Shown one piece after another: positions 30,973 through 38,701 of a stretch of DNA of 64,000 nt (positions are counted from its first letter, which is position 1; each line of letters starts with the position of its first letter). Location: NCBI GenBank assembly GCA_965222775.1, contig OZ244971.1, positions 1,309,165 through 1,373,164 of the forward strand, read 5' to 3'. A program made the translations under genes and the position numbers. The notes under the pieces were generated by a model. The model saw nothing but the letters and a program-made list of their open reading frames with translations. It had not been told where the DNA came from and did no database searches. This DNA is from Hyphomicrobiaceae bacterium. Its GTDB lineage: Bacteria > Pseudomonadota > Alphaproteobacteria > Rhizobiales > Hyphomicrobiaceae.

Positions 30973-31053
30973 AAAGCTCAAAGGCTGAGCACAGGGCTGA
31001 TAATCCTGGGGACGTTAAGTCCGTCGTGGGTTCGATTCCCACTGGTGCCTTCC
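30973..31053 (+). other. Second tRNA-like fragment: perfect T-arm plus a 3' acceptor-like strand without a cis 5' acceptor partner
   Basis: GTGGG-TTCGATT-CCCAC T-arm followed by TGGTGCCTTCCA. The upstream portion has D-arm-like GCTCAAAGGCTGAGC but no foldable anticodon arm or complementary 5' acceptor strand. Confidence 0.35.
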
Positions 31054-31421
31054 AAGCACGATCGGTTTGGGTCCGATTTTCGAAGACAAGATGGGGAGCT
31101 GGCTTCTCTCCAAGCCCAATTGCTGAAAATCCAAAGCTACGGCTGCGGATTGGATGCGAGAGGGCAGCGTTTCTGACGCTTTGTGCTCCATTTGCGGATA
31201 CCGCCAACGGTCTAAACTGGAGCCACTTGTCCCCGGCATCGTTCTTTTAAAGGCGGTGTCGGCAACTTGTGGTGTAAGGCGGTGATTGTTGTCTTAAGCA
31301 GGGGCCCGCGGCAGGAACGTTGGGGGGAAGTCAGCGACCTTTTGTTTGCAGCAAGGTTATCGTTACGTGCTCGTTGTTCATGAGCAGGAATTGTTGAAAA
31401 AGAATTGTTGAGGAGTTTGTT

Positions 31422-32579
31422 ATGGCTGTCCTTGGCGTGTTTCGCGTAACTGTCAAAGATGATGAACGCGCTTTTCTGATGCGTGGTGGCCGGTTTGTGC
31501 GTTTGCTTGGTCCAGGTCGACATGTGTTTTTTGATGTCACGGGCCAGTACACGGCGGACGTTGTCAAAGTTCTGCGTTCGGAGATTCCGGCAGACCGTGC
31601 ACTGATGTTTACAAAGCTGTCGCCTGACTTGGCTGATGAAAACTTTGAGGTCGTTCAAGCGGGCGCCAACGAGGTTGGCATCGTCTCGTTTGACGGCGAG
31701 CCGAAGCATCTTGTGTTGCCGAACACCACGCGCGCATTTTGGAAGGCGGTGACGGATGTCGGCGTAGATAAAATTGACACGTCGGCTGATCTGCGGGTTG
31801 CCAAGCGCCATCTGGACAAAATTGACGTGGCGCGGGCATCGGTCGTGGTGCAAGAGGTTGTTGAGCCGCATGAAGCTGGTCTGTTGATCGTTGACGGCGA
31901 GATGGTCGAGCGTTTGAAGCCTGGTCGGCATGCGTTCTGGTCGGTCGCGCGGACGGTCAAGATCATCAAACTGGATCTGCGTCCGACGCCGTTGGAGGTG
32001 ACGGCGCAGGAAATCATGACCAAAGACCGGGTTGGCATTCGCGTGACGCTGACGGCGTTTACGAAGATTGTTGATCCGGAGAAGGTCGTGATGGCGGCTG
32101 ATGATGTGTCGAACACGATCTACCGTCTTATTCAGTTTGCGATTCGTGAGGCTGTGGCGACGCGCACGCTCGATGAGATTTTGGCGGCGCGCGATGCGAT
32201 CGACAACGAAGTGCGTGCGTTTGTTTCGCAACGGGCAGAAAAGCTTGGCGTCGAAGTGGGTGAGATTGGCATTAAGGATGTCATTTTGCCGGGCGATGTG
32301 CGTGAGCTTTTGAACAAGGTTGTTGAAGCTGAGCGCGTAGCCAAGGCGAACCTCATTCGACGTCAGGAAGAGACGGCGGCGACGCGGTCGCTTCTCAACA
32401 CGTCGAAGCTGATGACCGACAACCCGCTGCTCATGCGTTTGAAGGAACTTGAGGCGCTGGAGCGGCTGGTTGAAAAAGTTGGCCGGATCGATCTGCATGC
32501 TGGTGAGGGCGGCGGCCTTGAGACGTTGTTGCGCAAGCTTTACTCGCTGACGCCTGCGAAGGAGGATGAGGAGAAGTAG
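31422..32579 (+). CDS. SPFH/band-7 (stomatin/prohibitin/flotillin-like) domain protein
   Basis: 385 aa. The central SPFH core (TKDRVGIRVTLTAFTKIVDPEKVVMAADDVSNTIYRLIQFAIREAVATRTLDEIL...) is followed by a coiled-coil C-terminus. Confidence 0.8.
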   Translation: MAVLGVFRVTVKDDERAFLMRGGRFVRLLGPGRHVFFDVTGQYTADVVKVLRSEIPADRALMFTKLSPDLADENFEVVQAGANEVGIVSFDGEPKHLVLPNTTRAFWKAVTDVGVDKIDTSADLRVAKRHLDKIDVARASVVVQEVVEPHEAGLLIVDGEMVERLKPGRHAFWSVARTVKIIKLDLRPTPLEVTAQEIMTKDRVGIRVTLTAFTKIVDPEKVVMAADDVSNTIYRLIQFAIREAVATRTLDEILAARDAIDNEVRAFVSQRAEKLGVEVGEIGIKDVILPGDVRELLNKVVEAERVAKANLIRRQEETAATRSLLNTSKLMTDNPLLMRLKELEALERLVEKVGRIDLHAGEGGGLETLLRKLYSLTPAKEDEEK

Positions 32580-32649
32580 GTGGTTTTTTTGCGCCGACGC
32601 CAACGGCTCCGCCTAGTTGATCTTGTTCATGGCTGTTCCTCGCTACGCG

Positions 32650-32840
32650 AGGGCCATGAACGCGCCGACTGGTACGCCTTCGGCTACACCAGCGGCGGGA
32701 GAGATACGGCGTGCCCGTTCTTGTTGCTGGCGGGCTATTCTGAACGCTTATTGCGTTTGGGCCCACGGGTCCGCTGATCGCGACGGCTTCGCCTACCGCA
32801 GCGGCGGGAGTTTTACGGTGTACGTTTTCTTTGTTGCTCA
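32650..32840. repeat. Pair of imperfect ~55-bp direct repeats in the convergent intergenic region between the SPFH and TIR genes
   Basis: gacTGgtACGcCTTCGgCTACaCCAGCGGCGGGAGagaTACGGcGT versus gcgACGgCTTCGcCTACcGCAGCGGCGGGAGtttTACGGtGT, about 107 bp apart. They fall in different reading frames, so the repeat is at nucleotide level and non-coding. Confidence 0.5.
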
Positions 32841-32893
32841 CGAGCTGTTCATTGCTTTGAGTCACAAGAAAGCTTATGCCCACTTTTGAAGTG

Positions 32894-34450
32894 TTAGTCA
32901 CGTTGCATATGAACGAGATTATGTTCCAAAGTAGTGTGATGAAATCGTGCAGCAAAATCCCATGGCTGGGGAATGCTCTTGCGCCCCAAAATGCGTCGAC
33001 GGGAAGGTTTGGGTATAACAAAGATTTCGGGTGGCCTGAAATTTTCACCGACCTTACGATCGATTGCGCGTTTATATTCCTTTTTGACCCAACTAGATTT
33101 CTTTGCAGCATGACTCCAGATAACGCAGAATGTGTTGCAGCCGTCAATTTCATTTAACAGACGACTTTCCCAGTCCTCGCCAAAACGCAATCTCAAAACA
33201 TCAATAAATGGTTTAAGGCGGACGATTTCTAAGTCTTCGGCTAGATACTTTGCACGGAGCCAATCCCTTCGAGCATATGAAACGAATACTGGCTCGGCGC
33301 CTTGAACTGCCTGACAAACACTCGCAGAATGAGAAGCAAGTTGTGCCGTGCCACAATAAAAACTCAGAACAAGTCTGCCAATGTAGTGCTCGTTGATCCA
33401 TACACGGACGATCGGGTGGAGTTCGTTTACAGCCAGCTGTTGAGGAAAAGTGATTTTGAACTGGAGGGTCTCGGTCTCTCCGCTCCAGTCTACATATTGG
33501 ACAGGTTCGTCAGCAATGACCTCTTCGTCGCCATCAAATTGGACCGTGATTCGGTCTCCGCGGTGGACTTGCATTGCCATAAGTTGAGATGGCGTTGTAA
33601 ATTCGCTTTGTCCGAAGTTGCGCCGCAACCCCTCAAGTTGGTTGCGTTGATGTAGGCTTACTCGGAGTAGCGAGGTGGCGCCTGGGACGATAATCTGATT
33701 TGCGAAAGCGGAGCAATCGACGGTATCAATATCCTTCGAAGCGGAGTTCGGGTTTGTCGCGTTGTTCGCTTTGTTGGTCGCAAAGGTTGCAAGGCTCGGG
33801 GGAATACTTGATTTGGTCAATAGAAGAAGCTTCGATAGTGTGGACCATGCTTCATCACGGTAGATCCATGCAAGTGCGCCGAGAGCCAGCAACGATGTTG
33901 CAGCTCCTAACCAGAATCCTGTGTTGCGAGCAAGCCAAATATCATAGGTGGGTCGCCTCACGCCTTTCGGCGAAACGAAATATGATACTCCGAGGTCCCT
34001 TACTCGAGAGCTGACGGAAGTTGCAGTGCGGCGGTGGGATAGACTCACGTCAGTACGGATTTGCGGAGATATAGAAATTTTTGTAGTTACGAACTTGTCC
34101 TCCGCGTTACGGACAAGCTCTCGCAAAATCACCAACTCGTCGCTACTCGCAATCGATACGGTTGGGACGGTTGCTATGCTTTTGAGTTCAGGACTATCTC
34201 TAAACTCTTTTGTTGCCGCAATTATGGGCGAAACCCAGGGATGACGTTTTAGGTGGCTTAGAATTAATTGGACGCGTTTTTTAAGACCGAAATTGTTGGC
34301 GATGATAATGGCGAGTGCGAAATCTTCAAGATTGAGCCTTAGTGCGCGCTCTGAAGTGGTCGCCGTAACAGAGCGAAGGTCTGAGCCAAGAACTTCCTGA
34401 AGTTGTGTGAGAAATGTGCTTTCGTCGTCGCCGATTAACAGTATCTTCAT
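32894..34450 (-). CDS. Multidomain protein: N-terminal CheY/REC-like (probably pseudo-receiver) domain, one TM helix, a beta-rich middle region, and a C-terminal TIR domain
   Basis: C-terminus ...EPVFVSYARRDWLRAKYLAEDLEIVRLKPFIDVLRLRFGEDWESRLLNEIDGCNTFCVIWSHAAKKSSWVKKEYKRA matches the bacterial TIR pattern (betaA VFVSY, G-D-W, SxWxxxE with a conserved Glu). The N-terminus MKILLIGDDES...ALAIIIANN has a REC-like fold signature but no acceptor Asp at the end of beta3. The hydrophobic segment is FWLGAATSLLALGALAWIY. The locus looks more AT-rich than its flanks (inspection only, no count). Confidence 0.65.
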   Translation of the reverse strand: MKILLIGDDESTFLTQLQEVLGSDLRSVTATTSERALRLNLEDFALAIIIANNFGLKKRVQLILSHLKRHPWVSPIIAATKEFRDSPELKSIATVPTVSIASSDELVILRELVRNAEDKFVTTKISISPQIRTDVSLSHRRTATSVSSRVRDLGVSYFVSPKGVRRPTYDIWLARNTGFWLGAATSLLALGALAWIYRDEAWSTLSKLLLLTKSSIPPSLATFATNKANNATNPNSASKDIDTVDCSAFANQIIVPGATSLLRVSLHQRNQLEGLRRNFGQSEFTTPSQLMAMQVHRGDRITVQFDGDEEVIADEPVQYVDWSGETETLQFKITFPQQLAVNELHPIVRVWINEHYIGRLVLSFYCGTAQLASHSASVCQAVQGAEPVFVSYARRDWLRAKYLAEDLEIVRLKPFIDVLRLRFGEDWESRLLNEIDGCNTFCVIWSHAAKKSSWVKKEYKRAIDRKVGENFRPPEIFVIPKPSRRRILGRKSIPQPWDFAARFHHTTLEHNLVHMQRD

Positions 34451-34487
34451 CGCAAATTCAACCAGGCTGAGTGTGGTTTGGCCCTAA

Positions 34488-35489
34488 CTAACGCCATCGG
34501 CGAGATGCAAAGCCAACATAATCCGAAGGATCGGGAAGTGTAGGTTCTGTTGAGAGTGCTGCCCGAATAATGGCAGCGATGTCTGTCGTTGGGTCTGTTT
34601 CGGTTATCAAAGCGACAATCAATGGGCGCTGCCAGTCGGTGCCACGTTTATAGCAATTGGAACAGGGCGAAGAGAACTGGCCAAGACTGACGACCCATAT
34701 CGGTACCTGGCCTGTTCGTGGGGCCATCCAACTTGCTAGTTTATTAGCCCTAACTAGGGAACGCGGTAGCTCTTTTTCCGGGTCGCCTTCCGAGGAAGCG
34801 GCGCCAATCGACACAATTGTAGTACCGCGCAATAGCTTGTCTCGGATATGTGGTAGGAGTAGATCTCCTACGAAGGCATCTCCGGCGAGGCGTTTTGTTC
34901 CGCAGATGATCAATTCGGTGTCACCCTTCGGCCAATTGCAGGACTGGGAGAAGACCACGAATTCAACTGTATGCCGTTGCTGCGGTCCGGCTAACGTTCT
35001 CACAATGCTAACGTTGGGGCTCGGTTCCTTCGACGACGAGATCGATCCGTTTTGTATTATTGGCTGATCGGTGCTCGGTGTGGTTGACGTAGATTGTTTC
35101 GGCCAGTTGTTTGCAAATAGCGAGAAGACCACTAGCAAAGCTCCGGCAATGGCAAAGATGGCCGCTAAAACAAGTGCAACTGTAATGAAACAAGTTATTA
35201 GTGCAAAGACTGCATGAAGCACGTGAGCGGCGATTTTTCCAACATGCAAGGTGAGCAGCGCAATGGTTGAGAACACAAACGAAACGATTATCTTGATGAT
35301 CCGGGCTAGATTGCTGACGACAGTCCCAGCTAAATTGAGTGGAAGGGCGAGCCCTCTTAGGTAACCTGCCAAAAAAGCAGAGGTACGGTTGGTCGCACCG
35401 ACGACTCTTTGTCTTTGGGCGTTGATGTCTGGTGGTTCGAACACTGGACAAATCTTATTAGTATATGCGGTTGTATTCCGATAAAACAA
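34488..35489 (-). CDS. Membrane protein (2-3 N-terminal TM helices) with an uncharacterised C-terminal alpha/beta (Rossmann-like, possibly SLOG/DprA-LOG-like) domain. Putative partner of the TIR protein
   Basis: 333-aa ORF 37 bp upstream of the TIR gene on the same strand. Its TM block is IIKIIVSFVFSTIALLTLHVGKIAAHVLHAVFALITCFITVALVLAAIFAIAGALLVVF. The C-domain alternates hydrophobic beta-strands (EFVVFSQSC...ELIICGTKRLAGDAF...TIVSIGAASSEGD...IWVVSLGQF), consistent with a Rossmann-like fold. The family assignment is speculative. Confidence 0.5.
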   Translation of the reverse strand: MFYRNTTAYTNKICPVFEPPDINAQRQRVVGATNRTSAFLAGYLRGLALPLNLAGTVVSNLARIIKIIVSFVFSTIALLTLHVGKIAAHVLHAVFALITCFITVALVLAAIFAIAGALLVVFSLFANNWPKQSTSTTPSTDQPIIQNGSISSSKEPSPNVSIVRTLAGPQQRHTVEFVVFSQSCNWPKGDTELIICGTKRLAGDAFVGDLLLPHIRDKLLRGTTIVSIGAASSEGDPEKELPRSLVRANKLASWMAPRTGQVPIWVVSLGQFSSPCSNCYKRGTDWQRPLIVALITETDPTTDIAAIIRAALSTEPTLPDPSDYVGFASRRWR

Positions 35490-35814
35490 AGTTCGTGGTG
35501 TTTCAAAGCATCGTGAACTATGGGTATTCTAACTAGTGCAAATTTGATGCGCTCCCGTCAAGCTGGTTGGGATGGTACGTGCCACTTGACTCCCTGCGGA
35601 GCGGCGAATTGATGAGCTGACATCTTGCGCAAGCAAAACGGTGATCCGTTCAGTTCGTTTGTCCGATATTGTTTCGGGTTAAAAGCGAACATCTTGGATT
35701 GAGTACGGCATGTCCGATCAATAGATAACTTCAGACATTGACGATCAATGACACGCCGAATGAGAGGTGGTCGTTGGCGAAATTTGCTTGTTGAGTGCGG
35801 TGACCTGCGGTGGT

Positions 35815-36792
35815 TCACATCCCCCAAACAACGGCGCCGCCTAAAAGGCCGGCGCCGGCGGCGGTCATGAGGAGGGATTGGTCTTGTGATAGTTTGCCGG
35901 CGTCGTGGGCCAATGACAACGTCAATGGAATGGTTGCGGCGGAGCTGTTGCCGAACCGGGCCAGGCTTATGTGAACCTTGTCGTTAGGGACTTTGAGCTG
36001 GTCGCGCACGGCTTCGATCATTCGGGCGTTGGCTTGATGGGGAATGACGTGGTCGATGTCGTCGATCGATAGCTTTGATTGCAAGAGTGCGTTACTCGCG
36101 CAGTCGGTCATCAAGGTCACGGCTTTTTTGAAGACCGCCTGGCCGTCCTTGATCTCCATGAGTGTTTCAATGGGGTCTGTGATTTCAGAAAACGGTTTGG
36201 TGCTGCCGCCGCCAGGAATAGCGATGAGGTCGTAGGCTTCCCCGTCGGCACGGAGGTCCGACGCAATCAAGCCAGCGTTTTTTCTTTCAGTGGGCGCAAG
36301 GACTGCGGCGCCGGCGGCGTCGGCGAAAAGAATAGCGCTTGATCGGTCGGCCACATTCACGCGCCGTGACAAAATGTTGGCGGCGATGACAAGAACAGGT
36401 TTTCTTTGCGTGTGCACGAAAGCGTCGGCGAGTACCAGTGCGTAAAGAAAACCTGTGCAAGCGCCGGCAAGATCGATGCCACCGGCGTTTTGCAATCCAA
36501 GTTTATGGGCAACAAGCGGAGCTGACGGCGGCAAAAGTTGATCGGGTGTGCTGGTGGCCAATAGCAGAAGCGCGATATCGGATTTTGAGATGTTCGAATT
36601 TGACAGCGCCATGTTGCCGGCGGCGGCCGCCATGCCGCTTAGTGTGTCTTGGGGTTCAGCCCATCGGCGTTCGCGGATGCCCGTGCGTTGTTCGATCCAA
36701 CCTGGATCGAGGCCAAGTTTTTTTTCAAGCTCTTGATTGGTGACGACTCGATTTGGAACATGATGGCCGAGGCCAAGGATTTCGACGCTCAT
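35815..36792 (-). CDS. bioZ: FabH-like 3-ketoacyl-ACP synthase III at the end of the bio operon (BioZ-type pimeloyl-ACP synthesis enzyme)
   Basis: KAS III sequence (MSVEILGLGHHVPNRVVTNQELE...CTGFLYAL...HQANARMI...GNSSAATIP). Its ATG overlaps the bioA stop (ATGA). The FabH paralog terminating bioBFDA is the known alphaproteobacterial BioZ arrangement. Confidence 0.7.
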   Translation of the reverse strand: MSVEILGLGHHVPNRVVTNQELEKKLGLDPGWIEQRTGIRERRWAEPQDTLSGMAAAAGNMALSNSNISKSDIALLLLATSTPDQLLPPSAPLVAHKLGLQNAGGIDLAGACTGFLYALVLADAFVHTQRKPVLVIAANILSRRVNVADRSSAILFADAAGAAVLAPTERKNAGLIASDLRADGEAYDLIAIPGGGSTKPFSEITDPIETLMEIKDGQAVFKKAVTLMTDCASNALLQSKLSIDDIDHVIPHQANARMIEAVRDQLKVPNDKVHISLARFGNSSAATIPLTLSLAHDAGKLSQDQSLLMTAAGAGLLGGAVVWGM

Positions 36793-38075
36793 GTTCCTTG
36801 CTCGCTGGTTATTTTTTCTACGGTTTTTTCGATGGTGTCGTAGATTTTTTTGAGTTCCGGTTCTGTGATGCAATAGGGCGGCATGATGTAAATCGTGTTG
36901 CCAAGGGGGCGCAGCAGGACGCCCTCATCAAGGAACCTTTGATAAAGCTTCGGGCCGATGTTGGCCATATATCCTTGATCGTTTGTACACACGTCCAGGG
37001 CCGCAATTGTTCCCAATTGTCGTGGGTTTGAAACCTTGGAATGGGCTTTGAACCTTTGCAACTGACTTTGGTGGGTGTCACTAATTTTTTTGATCCGATC
37101 AAGCACGGGTTCGTTACGCCAGATTTCAAGATTGGCGCAGGCGGCCGCGCAGGCGATCGGGTTGGCTGTGTAAGAGCTGGAGTGGAAAAACATTTTGGTG
37201 CGGTCTTTTGAATAGTGTGCTGCGAAGATTTCTTCTGAGCAAAGTGTTGCCGCTAAGGGCAAAGCGCCACCGGTTATGCCTTTTGCGATACACAAAATGT
37301 CGGGTCTCACATTCGCTTGTTCGCAAGCGAACAGCGTACCAGTGCGGCCCCATCCGGTCATAACCTCATCGGCAATAAACAAGACGTTGTGTTTTTCGCA
37401 GATGCGCTTTATTTCGGACAGCACCTTCGGTTCATAGATCAGCATGCCGCCCGCGCCTAAAATGAGGGGTTCGACAATCAATGCAGCGGCGTTGTTTTGG
37501 CTGCAATGCTCCTCCAGCGCGTCAAGAGTTTGTTGTTCTAACCCTTGGTTGGGAAATGGAATTCGGGCCACGTCAAACAAAAGCGGTTCATAGGCCGCAT
37601 TAAAGAGACCGCGCGCGCCCGCAGACATGGTGCCCACGGTGTCCCCGTGATAAGCATGCTCCAGTGCAATGATGCGCGTGCGTTTTTCGCCGCGGTTGCG
37701 CCAGAACCCAAGCGCCATCTTGAGGGCAACTTCCACCGAAGTTGAGCCGGAGTCAGAATAAAAAGCCCGAGTGAGATTTGAGGGCGTGATGTCAATCAAA
37801 CCGTTGGCGAGGGTTTCGGCCGGCTCATGTGTGAAGCCAGCAAAAATGACCTGGTCCAGTTTTTCACTTTGATCGCGAATGGTGGCCATGATCTTTGGGT
37901 GGCGATGGCCGTGGGTTATCACCCACCACGATGAAATTGCATCAAGGATTTTTTTGCCATCTTGCGTTTCGAGCCATGCCCCGTCAGCGCTTCGGATTGG
38001 AACCATTATTGGTTGCAAGGCGTGCTGCGTGAAGGGATGCCAAACTGGAGAAGACTTGGCGTCGGGCATTAGCAA
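36789..38075 (-). CDS. bioA: Adenosylmethionine-8-amino-7-oxononanoate aminotransferase BioA
   Basis: 428-aa class-III aminotransferase with BioA-like sequence. Lies in the bio operon. Confidence 0.9.
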   Translation of the reverse strand: MLMPDAKSSPVWHPFTQHALQPIMVPIRSADGAWLETQDGKKILDAISSWWVITHGHRHPKIMATIRDQSEKLDQVIFAGFTHEPAETLANGLIDITPSNLTRAFYSDSGSTSVEVALKMALGFWRNRGEKRTRIIALEHAYHGDTVGTMSAGARGLFNAAYEPLLFDVARIPFPNQGLEQQTLDALEEHCSQNNAAALIVEPLILGAGGMLIYEPKVLSEIKRICEKHNVLFIADEVMTGWGRTGTLFACEQANVRPDILCIAKGITGGALPLAATLCSEEIFAAHYSKDRTKMFFHSSSYTANPIACAAACANLEIWRNEPVLDRIKKISDTHQSQLQRFKAHSKVSNPRQLGTIAALDVCTNDQGYMANIGPKLYQRFLDEGVLLRPLGNTIYIMPPYCITEPELKKIYDTIEKTVEKITSEQGT

Positions 38076-38701
38076 AAATCCTGGAGGTCAAAACTTGTTT
38101 GGAAGGCTTCGTGCAGCGATGTGCGGTTGAGGTCTTTTAGAACTGGCAGCCGACCAAGGATACGCGCTTTTGAAAACGCTTGAATTGTATCTTGTGTGTT
38201 TTTGTTTTCCTCGCCAATGAAGACGATGCCGCGGAGCGGTATCTTTCGGGCATTGAGGGCTTCGACGGACAAGAGTGTGTGGTTGATCGTGCCAAGGGCC
38301 GTGCGGGCGACCAAAATGACCGGAAGGTTCCATCGGGAGAAGAGCTCGATTTGTAATAGGTCTGGTGTGATAGGGACAAGGATGCCGCCGGCGCCCTCGA
38401 TAATGAGCGGCGCGTTGTGTGTTGTTGGCGGGTTCAGCCGGGATCGATCGATTGTGACACCGTCCAACTCGGCCGCACGATGTGGTGAGCAAGGTGTGTT
38501 TAATATATAGACTTCTGGTCTGATGTGGTCCTCAGGCAGTCCAGATAGTTGGGCCACAGTATAGCGATCTGTTTCGGGTTCTCGTCCGGCCTGGATCGGT
38601 TTCCAATAGGTTCCTTTAAGTGCACCTGCTAGTGCTGCGCAAAAGACCGTCTTGCCAACATCGGTATCGGTGCCGGTAACAATGAATCCTTTTGCCATCA
38701 A
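38069..38701 (-). CDS. bioD: Dethiobiotin synthetase BioD
   Basis: 210 aa with the P-loop GTDTDVGKT. Overlaps bioA and bioF. Confidence 0.85.
   Translation of the reverse strand: MMAKGFIVTGTDTDVGKTVFCAALAGALKGTYWKPIQAGREPETDRYTVAQLSGLPEDHIRPEVYILNTPCSPHRAAELDGVTIDRSRLNPPTTHNAPLIIEGAGGILVPITPDLLQIELFSRWNLPVILVARTALGTINHTLLSVEALNARKIPLRGIVFIGEENKNTQDTIQAFSKARILGRLPVLKDLNRTSLHEAFQTSFDLQDFC

Noticed and set aside
30901-31250. Hypothesis that the tRNA-like elements are a permuted two-piece tmRNA (ssrA) of the alphaproteobacterial type
   Set aside because: No tag-peptide reading frame of the (A)ANDN…(L)AA type and no GGGG-initiated 5' acceptor segment follow the CCA. The only Ala-Asn-initiated frame nearby (ANGLNWSHLSPASFF) does not look like a degradation tag
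31212-32603. 463-aa ORF on the minus strand, extremely R/L/N-rich
   Set aside because: It lies exactly antisense to the well-supported SPFH gene (31422..32579, plus strand). Its composition is what a mirror-frame shadow of a GC-rich, alpha-helical gene looks like. No domain was recognisable
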